The notes under the pieces are model-generated. The model was given only the letters and a program-made list of their open reading frames with translations, had not been told where the DNA came from and searched no databases. A program made the position numbers and the translations under genes. From assembly GCA_040879145.1 (NCBI GenBank), contig JBBDKX010000038.1, positions 1 to 60,245 of the forward strand: DNA of 60,245 bases, in the 5' to 3' direction. Source of the stretch: Candidatus Spechtbacterales bacterium. GTDB lineage: Bacteria > Patescibacteriota > Minisyncoccia > Spechtbacterales > 2-12-FULL-38-22. Below are positions 7,566 to 17,167 of the stretch, piece after piece; position 1 is the first letter of the stretch, and every line of letters starts with the position of its first letter.

Positions 7566-7574
7566 TATCTCTAT

Positions 7575-7844
7575 ATGGCAATAGAAACAAGCGACAAGCA
7601 AAAAATAATTGAAAAATACAAGCTGCACGAGAAGGACACTGGCTCAGCGGAAGTTCAGGCCGCTGTTTTAACTGAGGAAATAAAGCGTTTAGTGCGACAT
7701 CTTAAAAAGCATCCAAAAGACAACCACTCACGCAGGGGTTTGCTTATGATGGTGTCTAAAAGAAAAAAACTTCTTGACTACTTAATGCGTGAAAGCACTA
7801 AGCGATACAACGATCTCATAAAGAAGCTTGGTCTTAAAAAATAG
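7575..7844 (+). CDS. rpsO: 30S ribosomal protein S15
   Basis: 89 aa. [50 protein letters not shown] is the canonical S15 pattern. Confidence 0.95.
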   Translation: MAIETSDKQKIIEKYKLHEKDTGSAEVQAAVLTEEIKRLVRHLKKHPKDNHSRRGLLMMVSKRKKLLDYLMRESTKRYNDLIKKLGLKK

Positions 7845-7848
7845 TATA

Positions 7849-8370
7849 ATGGAACAGCAGATAATCAGGCATCCCGCACAAAGAGTAGCTGTGCTGATAG
7901 ATGTACAAAACTTCTATCACTCGGCAAAAAACTTATATCAGAAAAGGGTAAACTTTAAGGAAATATTAAAAACTGCCGTAGGTAACAGGCAGCTGATTCG
8001 TGCGTTTGCTTATGTTGTAAGCACAGAAGGCGGGGAGGAAAGCGTTTTTTTTGAGGTGTTACAAAAAATGGGGATTGAAATTCGTGTTAAAGAGCTCCAA
8101 ATATATTATGGAGGATTAAAAAAAGCAGACTGGGATGTAGGTCTTGCAATTGATGCGGTACGCCTTTCGGGCTCTGTGGATGTCATAATAATAATGAGCG
8201 GAGATGGGGATTTCATACCTTTGGTTGGTTACTTGCAGAATGAAGGAACACAGGTTGAGGTAATGGCGTTTGGTAAAAGCGCCTCCAGCAAACTTCGGGA
8301 AAGCGCGGACGCTTTTGTTGATTTATGTGAAAGTCCTGAAAAATACCTTCTTAGATATAAAGTAAAATAA
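7849..8370 (+). CDS. NYN domain (LabA-like) protein
   Basis: VAVLIDVQNFYHSAKNLY and IIIMSGDGDFIPLVGYLQNEGTQVEVMAF are typical of LabA/NYN. The ATG at 7849 is preferred because the track start at 7828 overlaps rpsO. Confidence 0.75.
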   Translation: MEQQIIRHPAQRVAVLIDVQNFYHSAKNLYQKRVNFKEILKTAVGNRQLIRAFAYVVSTEGGEESVFFEVLQKMGIEIRVKELQIYYGGLKKADWDVGLAIDAVRLSGSVDVIIIMSGDGDFIPLVGYLQNEGTQVEVMAFGKSASSKLRESADAFVDLCESPEKYLLRYKVK

Positions 8371-8494
8371 TTAAAGCTGCTGCGGATTTTTGTTCAACAT
8401 GAGAGGAGGAAGGCAAAAGAAAGCTTACTAAAATACTCTTATTAGTTTTCTCTTGTCTTTACTCTCCGACAAAGTTTCGTATCAGTAAAAATAC

Positions 8495-10627
8495 ATGGAG
8501 AAAAAAGAATACTCCGTTGACATGGGTGGGAAACCGCTTGTTTTAACATTTACAAACTGGGCAGAGCAAACAAATGCTTCTGTTCTTGCCCGTTACGGCG
8601 ATACTGTTGTGCTTACAACTGCTGTAATGAGCGGGCATGATGTTAAGTTGCACTACTTTCCTCTTACTCTGGAATACCGAGAAAAATACTATGCCGCCGG
8701 ATTTATAGGCGGTGGTAGATTCCAAAAAAGAGAGGGGAGGCCAAGTGATGAATCTACCCTCAAAGCACGTCTTATAGACAGAACCTTAAGGCCTTTATTT
8801 AAACACTCCATGCGCAGAGAGGTGCAAATTGTAAACACTATTTTATCCTACGATCCAGAACATAGCCCGGACATTGTAGCACTGATAGCTTCCTCTACAG
8901 CACTTGTTGTCTCAGACATACCCTGGAGTGGTCCTATAAGCGCCCTGCGCATAGGCAGGATAAATGGTGATTGGGTAATAAACCCATCACTAAAACAGCA
9001 GGAGGAAAGTGATTTAAATGTAACTGTAGCAGGCCCTGAAGGCAGGATAAATATGGTGGAAACAGATGCTAAAGAGGCCTCTGAAAAAGATATTTTGGAA
9101 GCAATGAGGTTTGGAGAAAAACTCATGCAGGACATCATAGATATTCAAAAGAAAATACAAAAAGATATAGGTAAAGAAAAAGCTGTAGTTGAACTAAAAG
9201 AACCCGGCGAAGAACTCCAGAAAGAGATACGAGAATTTGGAGAAAAGAAGTTAAAAGAAGCCATTTATGCAAAAGAGGCTAAAGAGGGCGGTGCTGAATT
9301 AGACGCCGCGGGTGATGAAATAAAAAAATACTTAGAAGAAAAATATGGCGAAAAAGACCCCGCATACATTGAAAATGCCTCTGCATACATTGAAAAATTG
9401 ACAGATGAACTCATTCACGAGGCAATCCTTAAAGACGAACGCAGAGTTGATGGGCGGGCTCTCGATGAGTTGCGCAATCTTTCAGGCTATACAGGAGTCT
9501 TACCAAGAACACACGGGTCCGGACTGTTTATGCGAGGCCTAACGCACGGCCTTTCTATAGCCACGCTTGACTCTCCGGGAGAAGAAGAGCTCAGCGATGC
9601 AATGGAAGGGGAGACCCGGAAACGATTCATGTTGCACTATAATTTCCCTCCATTTTCAACCGGAGAAACAGGATTTTTCCGCGGACCGGGAAGGCGAGAA
9701 ATAGGACATGGAGCTTTAGCAGAAAAGGCTGTGGAGGCAATGATTCCGGATAAGGAAGAATTTCCCTATGTTATACGAGTAGTAACTGAAATATTATCAT
9801 CAAATGGCTCAACTTCTATGGCGTCGGTTTGTAGTGCGTCTTTAGCGCTTATGGATGCCGGTGTACCCATGAAAAAACATGTAGCGGGAATAGCCATGGG
9901 GCTCATAGCTTCTGGAGATGATTATAAGGTGCTTACGGACATACAGGGACCTGAAGATCACTATGGAGACATGGATTTTAAAGTTGCCGGAACGCGTGAT
10001 GGGGTTACTGCAGTTCAAATGGATGTAAAAGTTGACGGTGTGACTCTTAAAATGATTGAAGATACATTAGAACAGGGTAAAAAGGCTCGGGAAAACATAC
10101 TGGATGTTCTGGAAAAAGCAATACCAGAGCCAAACACAGAGCTTTCTCCTTATGCCCCAAAGATAAAATTCCTTAAAATAGATCCTGAGAAAATAGGAAT
10201 GCTTATAGGTCCCGGGGGGAGGATAATAAAAGAGATAATGGCGGAAACAAATACAGAAATAAACGTTGAAGACGATGGAAGCGTGTCTATCACAGGCTCA
10301 ACGAATGAAGAGGTGGTACGCGCGGCGGAAATTGCAAGCAACATAACAAGAGAAATAAAGGTAGGAGAAATATTTGAGGCCACAGTCGTAAAAATAGCAG
10401 ACTTTGGCGCGTTTGTAGAGCTTGTTCCAAGCAAAGAAGCCCTTGTACATATATCCGAACTTAAAGAAGGTTTTGTAAGCAAGGTTGAAGATGTAGTAAA
10501 AATCGGGGACAAAATAACTGTCAAAATTATAAAAGCAGATGACAGTGGAAAGTTGAGTGCTTCAGCAAAACAGGCTTCACAAACACCTTCCGAAAAAAGT
10601 GAGGACAGAGGTGATGTGGAAAAGTAA
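8495..10627 (+). CDS. pnp: Polynucleotide phosphorylase
   Basis: 710 aa with two RNase PH-like halves, followed by KH (GPGGRIIKEI) and S1 (GEIFEATVVKIADFGAFVEL) domains. Confidence 0.95.
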   Translation: MEKKEYSVDMGGKPLVLTFTNWAEQTNASVLARYGDTVVLTTAVMSGHDVKLHYFPLTLEYREKYYAAGFIGGGRFQKREGRPSDESTLKARLIDRTLRPLFKHSMRREVQIVNTILSYDPEHSPDIVALIASSTALVVSDIPWSGPISALRIGRINGDWVINPSLKQQEESDLNVTVAGPEGRINMVETDAKEASEKDILEAMRFGEKLMQDIIDIQKKIQKDIGKEKAVVELKEPGEELQKEIREFGEKKLKEAIYAKEAKEGGAELDAAGDEIKKYLEEKYGEKDPAYIENASAYIEKLTDELIHEAILKDERRVDGRALDELRNLSGYTGVLPRTHGSGLFMRGLTHGLSIATLDSPGEEELSDAMEGETRKRFMLHYNFPPFSTGETGFFRGPGRREIGHGALAEKAVEAMIPDKEEFPYVIRVVTEILSSNGSTSMASVCSASLALMDAGVPMKKHVAGIAMGLIASGDDYKVLTDIQGPEDHYGDMDFKVAGTRDGVTAVQMDVKVDGVTLKMIEDTLEQGKKARENILDVLEKAIPEPNTELSPYAPKIKFLKIDPEKIGMLIGPGGRIIKEIMAETNTEINVEDDGSVSITGSTNEEVVRAAEIASNITREIKVGEIFEATVVKIADFGAFVELVPSKEALVHISELKEGFVSKVEDVVKIGDKITVKIIKADDSGKLSASAKQASQTPSEKSEDRGDVEK

Positions 10628-10708
10628 ATAACTATGCATTCACATTCTGTGCTAAAATGTATTTAAGCTGAAAAAGTTAAAATACTTCGTGAAGCGAAGT
10701 GAAGGAAC

Positions 10709-12268
10709 ATGCCTGAAGAATATACACAAAATACACCCAAAGGCCAGATAAGAACTATGGCAGATGACTTAGTAAAAGCCAAAGGAGAAAAGGTAGCAGA
10801 AACAAAAGAGGAAAACGCAGAACCAAAAAACACAGAACCCTTGGCTCCCAAACCACAAGATGACACTATTGTGGAATCTTTAGATGACCTTTTACCTCTT
10901 GAAGAGAGTGATGTTAACTCTAAACCTCAAACACCAACTCCTGCACAAAACATGCCTATACCTGAAAATTTGCCTACGGACCAAGCACAAAAAATCACAC
11001 CGCCAGAGCCGCCCAGGCCACCAAGCCCTGCACCTCAAGAAACAATGGGTGAAAAAACTTCAACAAACCTTGAAAGCGAGATATTTCCGGACCCAAATCT
11101 GGATTCCCCTGATGCAAAAACAGAGGCGGAAAGTTCCTCACCTCTCTCTTTGGGCGACGAGGAGGTTCCATCGGAAACTCCTGAAGAATTATTAGGACTC
11201 AACAAAAAAGAGGGTACTACTGAGTCTGTACCTCCGCCACCCAAGCCCGAACCTGATTCAACCATAAAAAGCCCTGAAGAGAAAAAGGAGTATAAAACTC
11301 TTTCTCCTGAGCCTAAGTCTTTCGAGCTTTCTATGGGGAAACCCGGAGGTCTTCCTCATGGCAAAAAGACAGGTTCAAAAAACACCACCAAGATGCTTAT
11401 TTTTGGATCTCTTGCTGTTCTTGGCCTGGTCTTGGCAGGTGCGCTAATATACTTTTTCTTCTTCGGTGGAAGAGAGTTGATATTTAACACAGAAGAGCCC
11501 GAACAAGAGGAACCATACCAAACACCTGACTCCGGGCCGACAAACCCGCCCCCACCATTAACACAGATAGACTATCCATCTCCTCTTATACGGCCTGACT
11601 TTGAACAAGAGGGGTTGGTGACCGCAAACACAGAACAAAACGCATTAAAAGGCGTTATAGGGCGTATAAAGAGCGACTTTAGCGCGCCATCCGAGTCCAT
11701 AACCTATCTTCCCATACAGCTTGGCAGTGTGCCACAAGGAGGAGAGGCTGAATTCGTAAATCTTCGCCAACTTTTGGAAGGACTCAATATTTCTACTCCC
11801 GGAGGATTTTATGATGCTGTAGAAAATGATTTAATGTTTTATGCCTATAGTCCCGGGGAGGAAGAAAGAATAATGTGCCAAAACAATTTAATATCCGAAT
11901 CGGATTGTTACGGAGTTCGCCTTGGTCTGGTTATAAAAGCAAAAGAGGGGAGAGAGGCAGACCTAAACACTCTGGTTACAGAGTGGATAAATCAAATATC
12001 TTCTTCCGGTATAGATTCTTTAGTGCTTAACAGCCTGTCTGTCATGCCGACAGACTTGGAATTTTCAAATGAAGAATATCAAAGCACAGCAGTTGAAAAT
12101 GCTCCTGTGGTAAATGTGCAGTATGTGAACCTACCAATGCCCTCTTATAACAACCTGGCCCTATCAACAACCGCGATAGACATAGCGGTCGTAAATGAAT
12201 ACATGGTTATATCCACATCAAAAAGATCTATGCTCTCTATGATAGATAAAATTTTACAGCAGCAATAA
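10709..12268 (+). CDS. Hypothetical bitopic protein with Pro/Glu-rich N-terminal region
   Basis: 519 aa. It has low-complexity P/E/T-rich residues in the first ~220 aa, a single TM (MLIFGSLAVLGLVLAGALIYFFFF) and a C-terminal globular part. No recognisable motifs. Confidence 0.4.
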   Translation: MPEEYTQNTPKGQIRTMADDLVKAKGEKVAETKEENAEPKNTEPLAPKPQDDTIVESLDDLLPLEESDVNSKPQTPTPAQNMPIPENLPTDQAQKITPPEPPRPPSPAPQETMGEKTSTNLESEIFPDPNLDSPDAKTEAESSSPLSLGDEEVPSETPEELLGLNKKEGTTESVPPPPKPEPDSTIKSPEEKKEYKTLSPEPKSFELSMGKPGGLPHGKKTGSKNTTKMLIFGSLAVLGLVLAGALIYFFFFGGRELIFNTEEPEQEEPYQTPDSGPTNPPPPLTQIDYPSPLIRPDFEQEGLVTANTEQNALKGVIGRIKSDFSAPSESITYLPIQLGSVPQGGEAEFVNLRQLLEGLNISTPGGFYDAVENDLMFYAYSPGEEERIMCQNNLISESDCYGVRLGLVIKAKEGREADLNTLVTEWINQISSSGIDSLVLNSLSVMPTDLEFSNEEYQSTAVENAPVVNVQYVNLPMPSYNNLALSTTAIDIAVVNEYMVISTSKRSMLSMIDKILQQQ

Positions 12269-12269
12269 A

Positions 12270-13196
12270 ATGACAACACCATTACCTCAGGCGCAAAAGA
12301 CTATATTAAAAACTCTTGCATACTATCAAGCCCTGAGTAAACTCTCCCTAACTGTTTTAGAAATTCAAAAATACCTGCGCAAAGAAAAGGGGGTAAGCCA
12401 TGCTTATTCCCTTTTTGAAATACAAAAAGAATTAAACAAGTTAGAAGAATACGGTTTAGTCACAGAACAAAACGGCTTTTGGGTTCTTTCTGTTTCTGTG
12501 ACGAATGAGCCTGGTTTAAGTGTTTTTGAAAACCGAATAACAAACTCAAAATATGCGGCCTTGAAGTGGAAAAAGTTTGCAAAAACAGGCAGATTTTTAC
12601 CCTATATACCGTTTATTCGGTCCGTGGCTGTAACAGGATCTACGGCCTTAAGCAACGCAAAAGAAAAAAGTGATATTGACGTCTTAATAACGAGCAAAGG
12701 CGGAGCAATATGGAGTACGCGCTTTCTCGTAACAACAGTCTCTCTCTTGCTTAAAAGGCGTAGATACGCAAAAAAAATAGAAAATAGGCTCTGTTTTAAC
12801 CAATACTTAACACAAGACGCGATAAACTTAGGTCCCGAAACAGTGGATGATACGGTAAATAGTATAAAAATAAAGGTCTGGGACAACAAAATACCAGCAA
12901 ATAACGAAGCACTACTTTCTTTGCAACCCTCAAAAATTTTAATACTCCTCAAAAACACTGTGGAAAAAATTTTAAAGACGCTTCGTCTGGACAAGTTATT
13001 TGAAACCTTTATAGCAAAATTACAAATAGCTAAAATTCAAAATAATCCGACAGACTACCCCAAAGAGTTGGAACAGCCGAGTCTTAACTCAGCCAATCTC
13101 ATATTTTATTACCCCAGAGTTAAAATTACAGAAAAAAAATATAAAGAGATATTAAGTTCTTTGCGCAATCCGGACACGATTCGGACACATGTTTAA
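12270..13196 (+). CDS. Putative winged-helix plus nucleotidyltransferase-fold protein
   Basis: 308 aa. The N-terminus is wHTH-like, followed by VAVTGSTALSNAKEKSDIDVLI, which resembles the GS...DxD signature of pol-beta-type nucleotidyltransferases. It starts 2 nt after the upstream stop. Confidence 0.4.
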   Translation: MTTPLPQAQKTILKTLAYYQALSKLSLTVLEIQKYLRKEKGVSHAYSLFEIQKELNKLEEYGLVTEQNGFWVLSVSVTNEPGLSVFENRITNSKYAALKWKKFAKTGRFLPYIPFIRSVAVTGSTALSNAKEKSDIDVLITSKGGAIWSTRFLVTTVSLLLKRRRYAKKIENRLCFNQYLTQDAINLGPETVDDTVNSIKIKVWDNKIPANNEALLSLQPSKILILLKNTVEKILKTLRLDKLFETFIAKLQIAKIQNNPTDYPKELEQPSLNSANLIFYYPRVKITEKKYKEILSSLRNPDTIRTHV

Positions 13197-13329
13197 CACT
13201 GCGGAAGTTTTCCACAGTTTATCCTATTGACCAGATGTGTCTCGTACGGGATAATAAGTGTAGTACATTGAAAGATTGCATCTGTCTGACAGAATAAGTT
13301 GATTAAATACACATACTGTTTCGCGGGGC

Positions 13330-13555
13330 CAATCATAGCCGGCAGACGGATATAATCTTATAGGATGTAGACTCTTACATCCTTAGATTGCAATCCCTTA
13401 AGAGGGTGTTTATAAGATTCTCTCTTAAGGGATTGCAATCCCGGCTCTCAGGGCGTGTTAGACACCCTCTAAGTAACTTAGATCTTCGGGGTAACATCAC
13501 ACATCCTGAGAGCCACCCACCTTAACTTTTCAAGTCGCTTTATTGCGGCTTTTTC
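13330..13555. ncRNA. Unassigned highly structured non-coding segment (candidate ncRNA or regulatory leader)
   Basis: It contains an 8-bp hairpin at 13362-13383 and a 19-bp perfect stem (13386-13404 with 13422-13440). A 10-bp helix is formed by GGCTCTCAGG (13443-13452) and CCTGAGAGCC (13505-13514). An alternative pairing joins 13397-13409 to 13462-13473. A weak hairpin plus T-run lies at 13534-13554. There is no ORF of 60 aa or more on the sense strand. Confidence 0.3.
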
Positions 13556-13633
13556 AATACAATAAACGCACCCGACATATTGCGCCTTAAACTGATCTAA
13601 GTTACAATTATTTTAATACTGTAATTTATATTC

Positions 13634-14008
13634 ATGGAAAAAAAAGAATTAGAAAAATTTAAAGAACAACTTCTGAAGCAAAAAGATTCTTTGGAGCAGG
13701 AACTAAAAGAGATAGCCAACCAAAACCCAAACTCTTCTGAAGACTGGGAAAGTAAGTTTCCAAATTTTGAACAGGAAGATTTTGATATTGAAGAGGCCGC
13801 GGATGAGGTAGAAGAATACATAAACCGCTTGCCTTTGGAGCAGGCTCTTGAGCTAAAATTAAAAGCAACCAAAGACGCGCTTGAGAAGATAGAACAAGAC
13901 AAATACGGCATTTGTGAAAATTGTGGAAAAAAGATACCCCAGGAAAGGCTTGCTGTTATTCCCGAAACTAAAATTTGCCTAAACTGTAAGGAAAAAGAGT
14001 GTAAATAA
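13634..14008 (+). CDS. DksA/TraR family C4-type zinc-finger protein
   Basis: 124 aa with an acidic coiled-coil N-terminus and CENCGKKIPQERLAVIPETKICLNC (CxxC-17-CxxC). Confidence 0.75.
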   Translation: MEKKELEKFKEQLLKQKDSLEQELKEIANQNPNSSEDWESKFPNFEQEDFDIEEAADEVEEYINRLPLEQALELKLKATKDALEKIEQDKYGICENCGKKIPQERLAVIPETKICLNCKEKECK

Positions 14009-14154
14009 GTACAACAATTAAAGTGTCTGTTATTAAAAGTGCCGTAAAGCGCTTTTTTATTTGTTAAAATAATGTTTGACACTGAAGCAACTTTTTTGAT
14101 ACCCTAAAGACGTTTACAAATACCTTTAGTCTTACTCTCTAACTTAAATAACCT

Positions 14155-15699
14155 ATGCCTGCAAAACTATACTCTGTTACGCGACACGGAATAAATGCTC
14201 AAACAATTGAAGTAGAAGTTGATGTTGCAAGCGGTCTCCACTCTTTTAGTATTGTAGGTCTTGCGGATAAGGCGGTGGAGGAATCAAAAGAAAGAATATC
14301 CTCCGCGCTCAAAAACAATGGCTTTAAAGCTCCTCGAAGTTTTAACAAAAGAGTTGTTATTAATTTAGCTCCGGCTGATCTAAAAAAAGAGGGCGGGATA
14401 TACGACGTACCCATGGCATTAGGTTTTCTGATTGATTCTGAACAGATGAAGCCCAAAAAAGACATTGAAAACACTTTAATAGTAGGGGAACTTGGATTAG
14501 ATGGTAAAATACGCCCGATAAAAGGCGCTCTTTTATACGCGCTGCATGCTAAAGATGCCGGTTATAGCACAATTTTAGTACCTAAAGAAAATGAAAAAGA
14601 GGCAGCGCTTGTAAAAGGTTTGGAAGTTGTTGCTCCTAAAAACATAAAAGAGTTGGTGCAACACCTTGAGGGTAGAAAAAAAATACAAACAACGTTGTCT
14701 GACAAAAAAGAGAGCAGTTCAAAAGATAGTAGCTTAAAAGAGGATGATTTTGCATATATAAAAGGGCAGGAAAGCGCTAAAAAAGCGCTTGAAATTGCGG
14801 TTGCAGGGGGACACAATATACTATTTCAAGGTCCTCCCGGTACAGGAAAGACAATGCTCGCACGTGCCGCAATAACCATAATGCCCGAAATGTCCTATGG
14901 TGAATCCTTAGAGGTTACAAAGATAGAAAGTGTTTGTCGCCAACTCCCTTCAGATGAGCCGTTAGTTACAAAAAGACCCTTCAGAACACCTCACCATTCA
15001 TCCTCAGAATCCGCTATAATAGGAGGGGGCAGTAAATTGCAGCCGGGAGAAATAACAAGAGCACACAGAGGGATACTCTTCTTGGATGAGTTCCCGGAAC
15101 TACACCGAAATGTACTGGAATCAATGCGACAACCACTTGAAGAGGGAAGTATACTTGTGGCCCGCGCCAGAGGTGTTGTAGAATACCCCGCTCGATTTAT
15201 GCTTGTAGCGGCAGCTAACCCTTGTCCTTGCGGATATTTTGGAGATAGTAGCCGCGCCTGCTCTTGCACGACAGGCAGTATTATTAGATACCAAAAAAAG
15301 CTTTCCGGACCCATAGCAGATAGGATAGATCTTCATGTGCAGGTTCCCAGACAAAAACACGAAAAACTATCTTCCGAAGAGCTGGAGGAAAGCTCCGCGA
15401 ATATAAAAACACGCGTAGATCACGCGCGAAAAGTGCAAACAAAAAGATTTGAAGGTGAAAACATTATTACAAACAGTGAGATGAAGCTACGGCATTTAAA
15501 AAAATACTGCGCGCTCGATGAACATTTAAACAAAAGGCTCGGAACGGCAATTGAAAAATATAAACTATCCGCGCGGGGCTATCACTCAACACTAAAGGTT
15601 TCCCGTACAATAGCGGACCTGGCTGGAGAAAAGGATATTAAGTGGGAACATCTATCACTCGCATTGCAGTACGCAAAAAGGGAAGGACCCGAGATATAA
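14155..15699 (+). CDS. comM: YifB/ComM family Mg-chelatase-like AAA+ ATPase
   Basis: 514 aa. It has a Lon-protease-like N-domain, Walker A GPPGTGKTML, Walker B ILFLDEFPE and a Cys cluster NPCPCGYFGDSSRACSC. Confidence 0.9.
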   Translation: MPAKLYSVTRHGINAQTIEVEVDVASGLHSFSIVGLADKAVEESKERISSALKNNGFKAPRSFNKRVVINLAPADLKKEGGIYDVPMALGFLIDSEQMKPKKDIENTLIVGELGLDGKIRPIKGALLYALHAKDAGYSTILVPKENEKEAALVKGLEVVAPKNIKELVQHLEGRKKIQTTLSDKKESSSKDSSLKEDDFAYIKGQESAKKALEIAVAGGHNILFQGPPGTGKTMLARAAITIMPEMSYGESLEVTKIESVCRQLPSDEPLVTKRPFRTPHHSSSESAIIGGGSKLQPGEITRAHRGILFLDEFPELHRNVLESMRQPLEEGSILVARARGVVEYPARFMLVAAANPCPCGYFGDSSRACSCTTGSIIRYQKKLSGPIADRIDLHVQVPRQKHEKLSSEELEESSANIKTRVDHARKVQTKRFEGENIITNSEMKLRHLKKYCALDEHLNKRLGTAIEKYKLSARGYHSTLKVSRTIADLAGEKDIKWEHLSLALQYAKREGPEI

Positions 15700-15804
15700 A
15701 CCGCTGATCAATGCAGATGGGGCAGATAGAGTGCAGATATAAAAAACCGAGCTGTGCTCGGTTTTAATCTACATAAAATCCGCTTTATCCGCATATATTC
15801 GCGG
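15700..15804. repeat. 'Word' spacer (CCGC / GCAGAT words) whose arms flank a central terminator hairpin
   Basis: Read directly. Its right end, 15787-15804, is an inverted copy (15 of 18) of 3525-3542. Confidence 0.6.
15743..15765. terminator. Bidirectional intrinsic terminator between convergent comM and the M23 gene
   Basis: AAAACCGAGC TGT GCTCGGTTTT forms a 10-bp stem with A/T runs on both sides. Confidence 0.7.
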
Positions 15805-17010
15805 TTAATATGCCAGATAGTTCCTTGCTCCATGCACTTCCCAGTGCAAATGAGATCCGGTAGAGCGCCCCGTAGAGCCCATATACCCTATAACTTGACC
15901 CTTGGTAACGGATTGGCCTGAAGCAACAGCTGTTTGTATCATGTGCGCATACAAAGTTCGCGTTCCGTTGTAATGATTAATGGTTACATAATTTCCAAAA
16001 CCTCCGTTCCAGCGTCCATTACCAATAGAAATGCCTACGGTACCACTTGCGGCCGCATATATTGGCGTCCACCGAGGTGCGGCTATGTCCACAGCATTGG
16101 TACCGTGAAGCCACTGACTTATGCGCCCCACACCGTTTGTAGGATGCGCGAAATATCCATCTATATTTTGAAGTGAAGAGGCATATCTTGGAGCGCGAGC
16201 CGAAGGTGCGGTACGAGCCGGAGCGGGTTTGGTTCCTCCTGGAATAATAATAGTTTGACCGGCAAATATATGAGTCTCGTTCTCTATTCCATTGGTTTCG
16301 AGTATGTCTGCAATTTCTGCTTTATGGTTTCTTGCGATAACCGAAAGGGTGTCTCCGCTCTTTATCTCATAAAGCACGCCGTCCGTTGGCAAAATACTTA
16401 ATACTTCCCCAGGTTGTATATAATTGGAATCTCTAAAGTGATTGCTCCAAAGCAGTGTCTCCAGCTTTAATCCAAATGAGCGTGCTATCCCGTTTGCCGT
16501 ATCTCCCGGCTTTACGGTGTATTCTGTTATTTCATTGCGTTGCTGAGGGGGTGTATCAGCTATTACCGGTGAGTTGTTTGAAAGTAGTGAACTGCCCTGA
16601 TTTGTAGGAAAGGTTGTATCAAAAGCTCCACCGATAGCAACACTGTCTTCATCTTTAGAAGATACAGCATTAGCGGAATTTAGTAATTTAGCACTTATAA
16701 AAGGTTGTACGCCTGCAAAGTTAGCTTTCTGCGCGTCTTTATCTATAACAACCTCTTCCTGCGCGGATGTGTGTAAAGAAACAAGACCATTAAGCTCTTT
16801 AGTATTAAACATGCTAATTAAGCCGGCTACAAAAATAAAAATAGCGACACCTCTCAAGTAATACAAAAAAATGGAGGAGCCGCCTCTTTTAAAAACCTTT
16901 GCTATAATCATGCGTTTATAGCGCTGTATGTCATCCCTCTTCGCATCCCAAAAATGAGACGAAGAAGAAGGGTCTTGTGGGTTGTTTTGGATAGGATTAT
17001 AGTACCTCAT
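15805..17010 (-). CDS. LysM-domain M23 family metallopeptidase
   Basis: It has an N-terminal TM and two LysM repeats (YTVKPGDTANGIARSF; YEIKSGDTLSVIARNH). The C-terminal M23 motifs are VDIAAP...GNYVTINH...LYAHM and GSTGRSTGSHLHWEV. Confidence 0.85.
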   Translation of the reverse strand: MRYYNPIQNNPQDPSSSSHFWDAKRDDIQRYKRMIIAKVFKRGGSSIFLYYLRGVAIFIFVAGLISMFNTKELNGLVSLHTSAQEEVVIDKDAQKANFAGVQPFISAKLLNSANAVSSKDEDSVAIGGAFDTTFPTNQGSSLLSNNSPVIADTPPQQRNEITEYTVKPGDTANGIARSFGLKLETLLWSNHFRDSNYIQPGEVLSILPTDGVLYEIKSGDTLSVIARNHKAEIADILETNGIENETHIFAGQTIIIPGGTKPAPARTAPSARAPRYASSLQNIDGYFAHPTNGVGRISQWLHGTNAVDIAAPRWTPIYAAASGTVGISIGNGRWNGGFGNYVTINHYNGTRTLYAHMIQTAVASGQSVTKGQVIGYMGSTGRSTGSHLHWEVHGARNYLAY

Positions 17011-17167
17011 TAGGTGCAGATTTTGATAACCTTTACCTATAAGGTATGATACTACAATGCAATCTGATTATTACAGTAACTAACTGCAATAAAAAATAGT
17101 GCCTAAGCACCAATACTTATATGATAGCAGTAGGGTATGCTTTGTCAATACATATAATCCACATTCT

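Noticed and set aside
7421-7628. Two ~62-aa ORFs (7421-7612 plus strand, 7440-7628 minus strand)
   Set aside because: Both overlap the tRNA-Lys gene and the rpsO promoter and start. They are shadow ORFs.
13386-13440. Possible CRISPR repeat pair (GATTGCAATCCC seen twice)
   Set aside because: There are only two copies, and they are the two arms of one 19-bp inverted repeat around a palindromic core. There are no spacer-repeat periodicity and no cas genes in the window.
13197-13633. RNase P RNA, tmRNA or SRP RNA
   Set aside because: I could not find the universal P4 strands (GAGGAAAGUCC / ACAGAA..GGCUUA type), a tRNA-like T arm with a tag reading frame, or the SRP domain IV GGAA/AGCA motifs. 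A covariance-model search is still needed.
17099-17167. N-terminal extension of the UvrD/PcrA ORF
   Set aside because: The conserved helicase N-terminus begins at MDLLSSLNPQQKEAV (ATG at 17168). The upstream 23 codons have no counterpart in the family and overlap the divergent promoter region.
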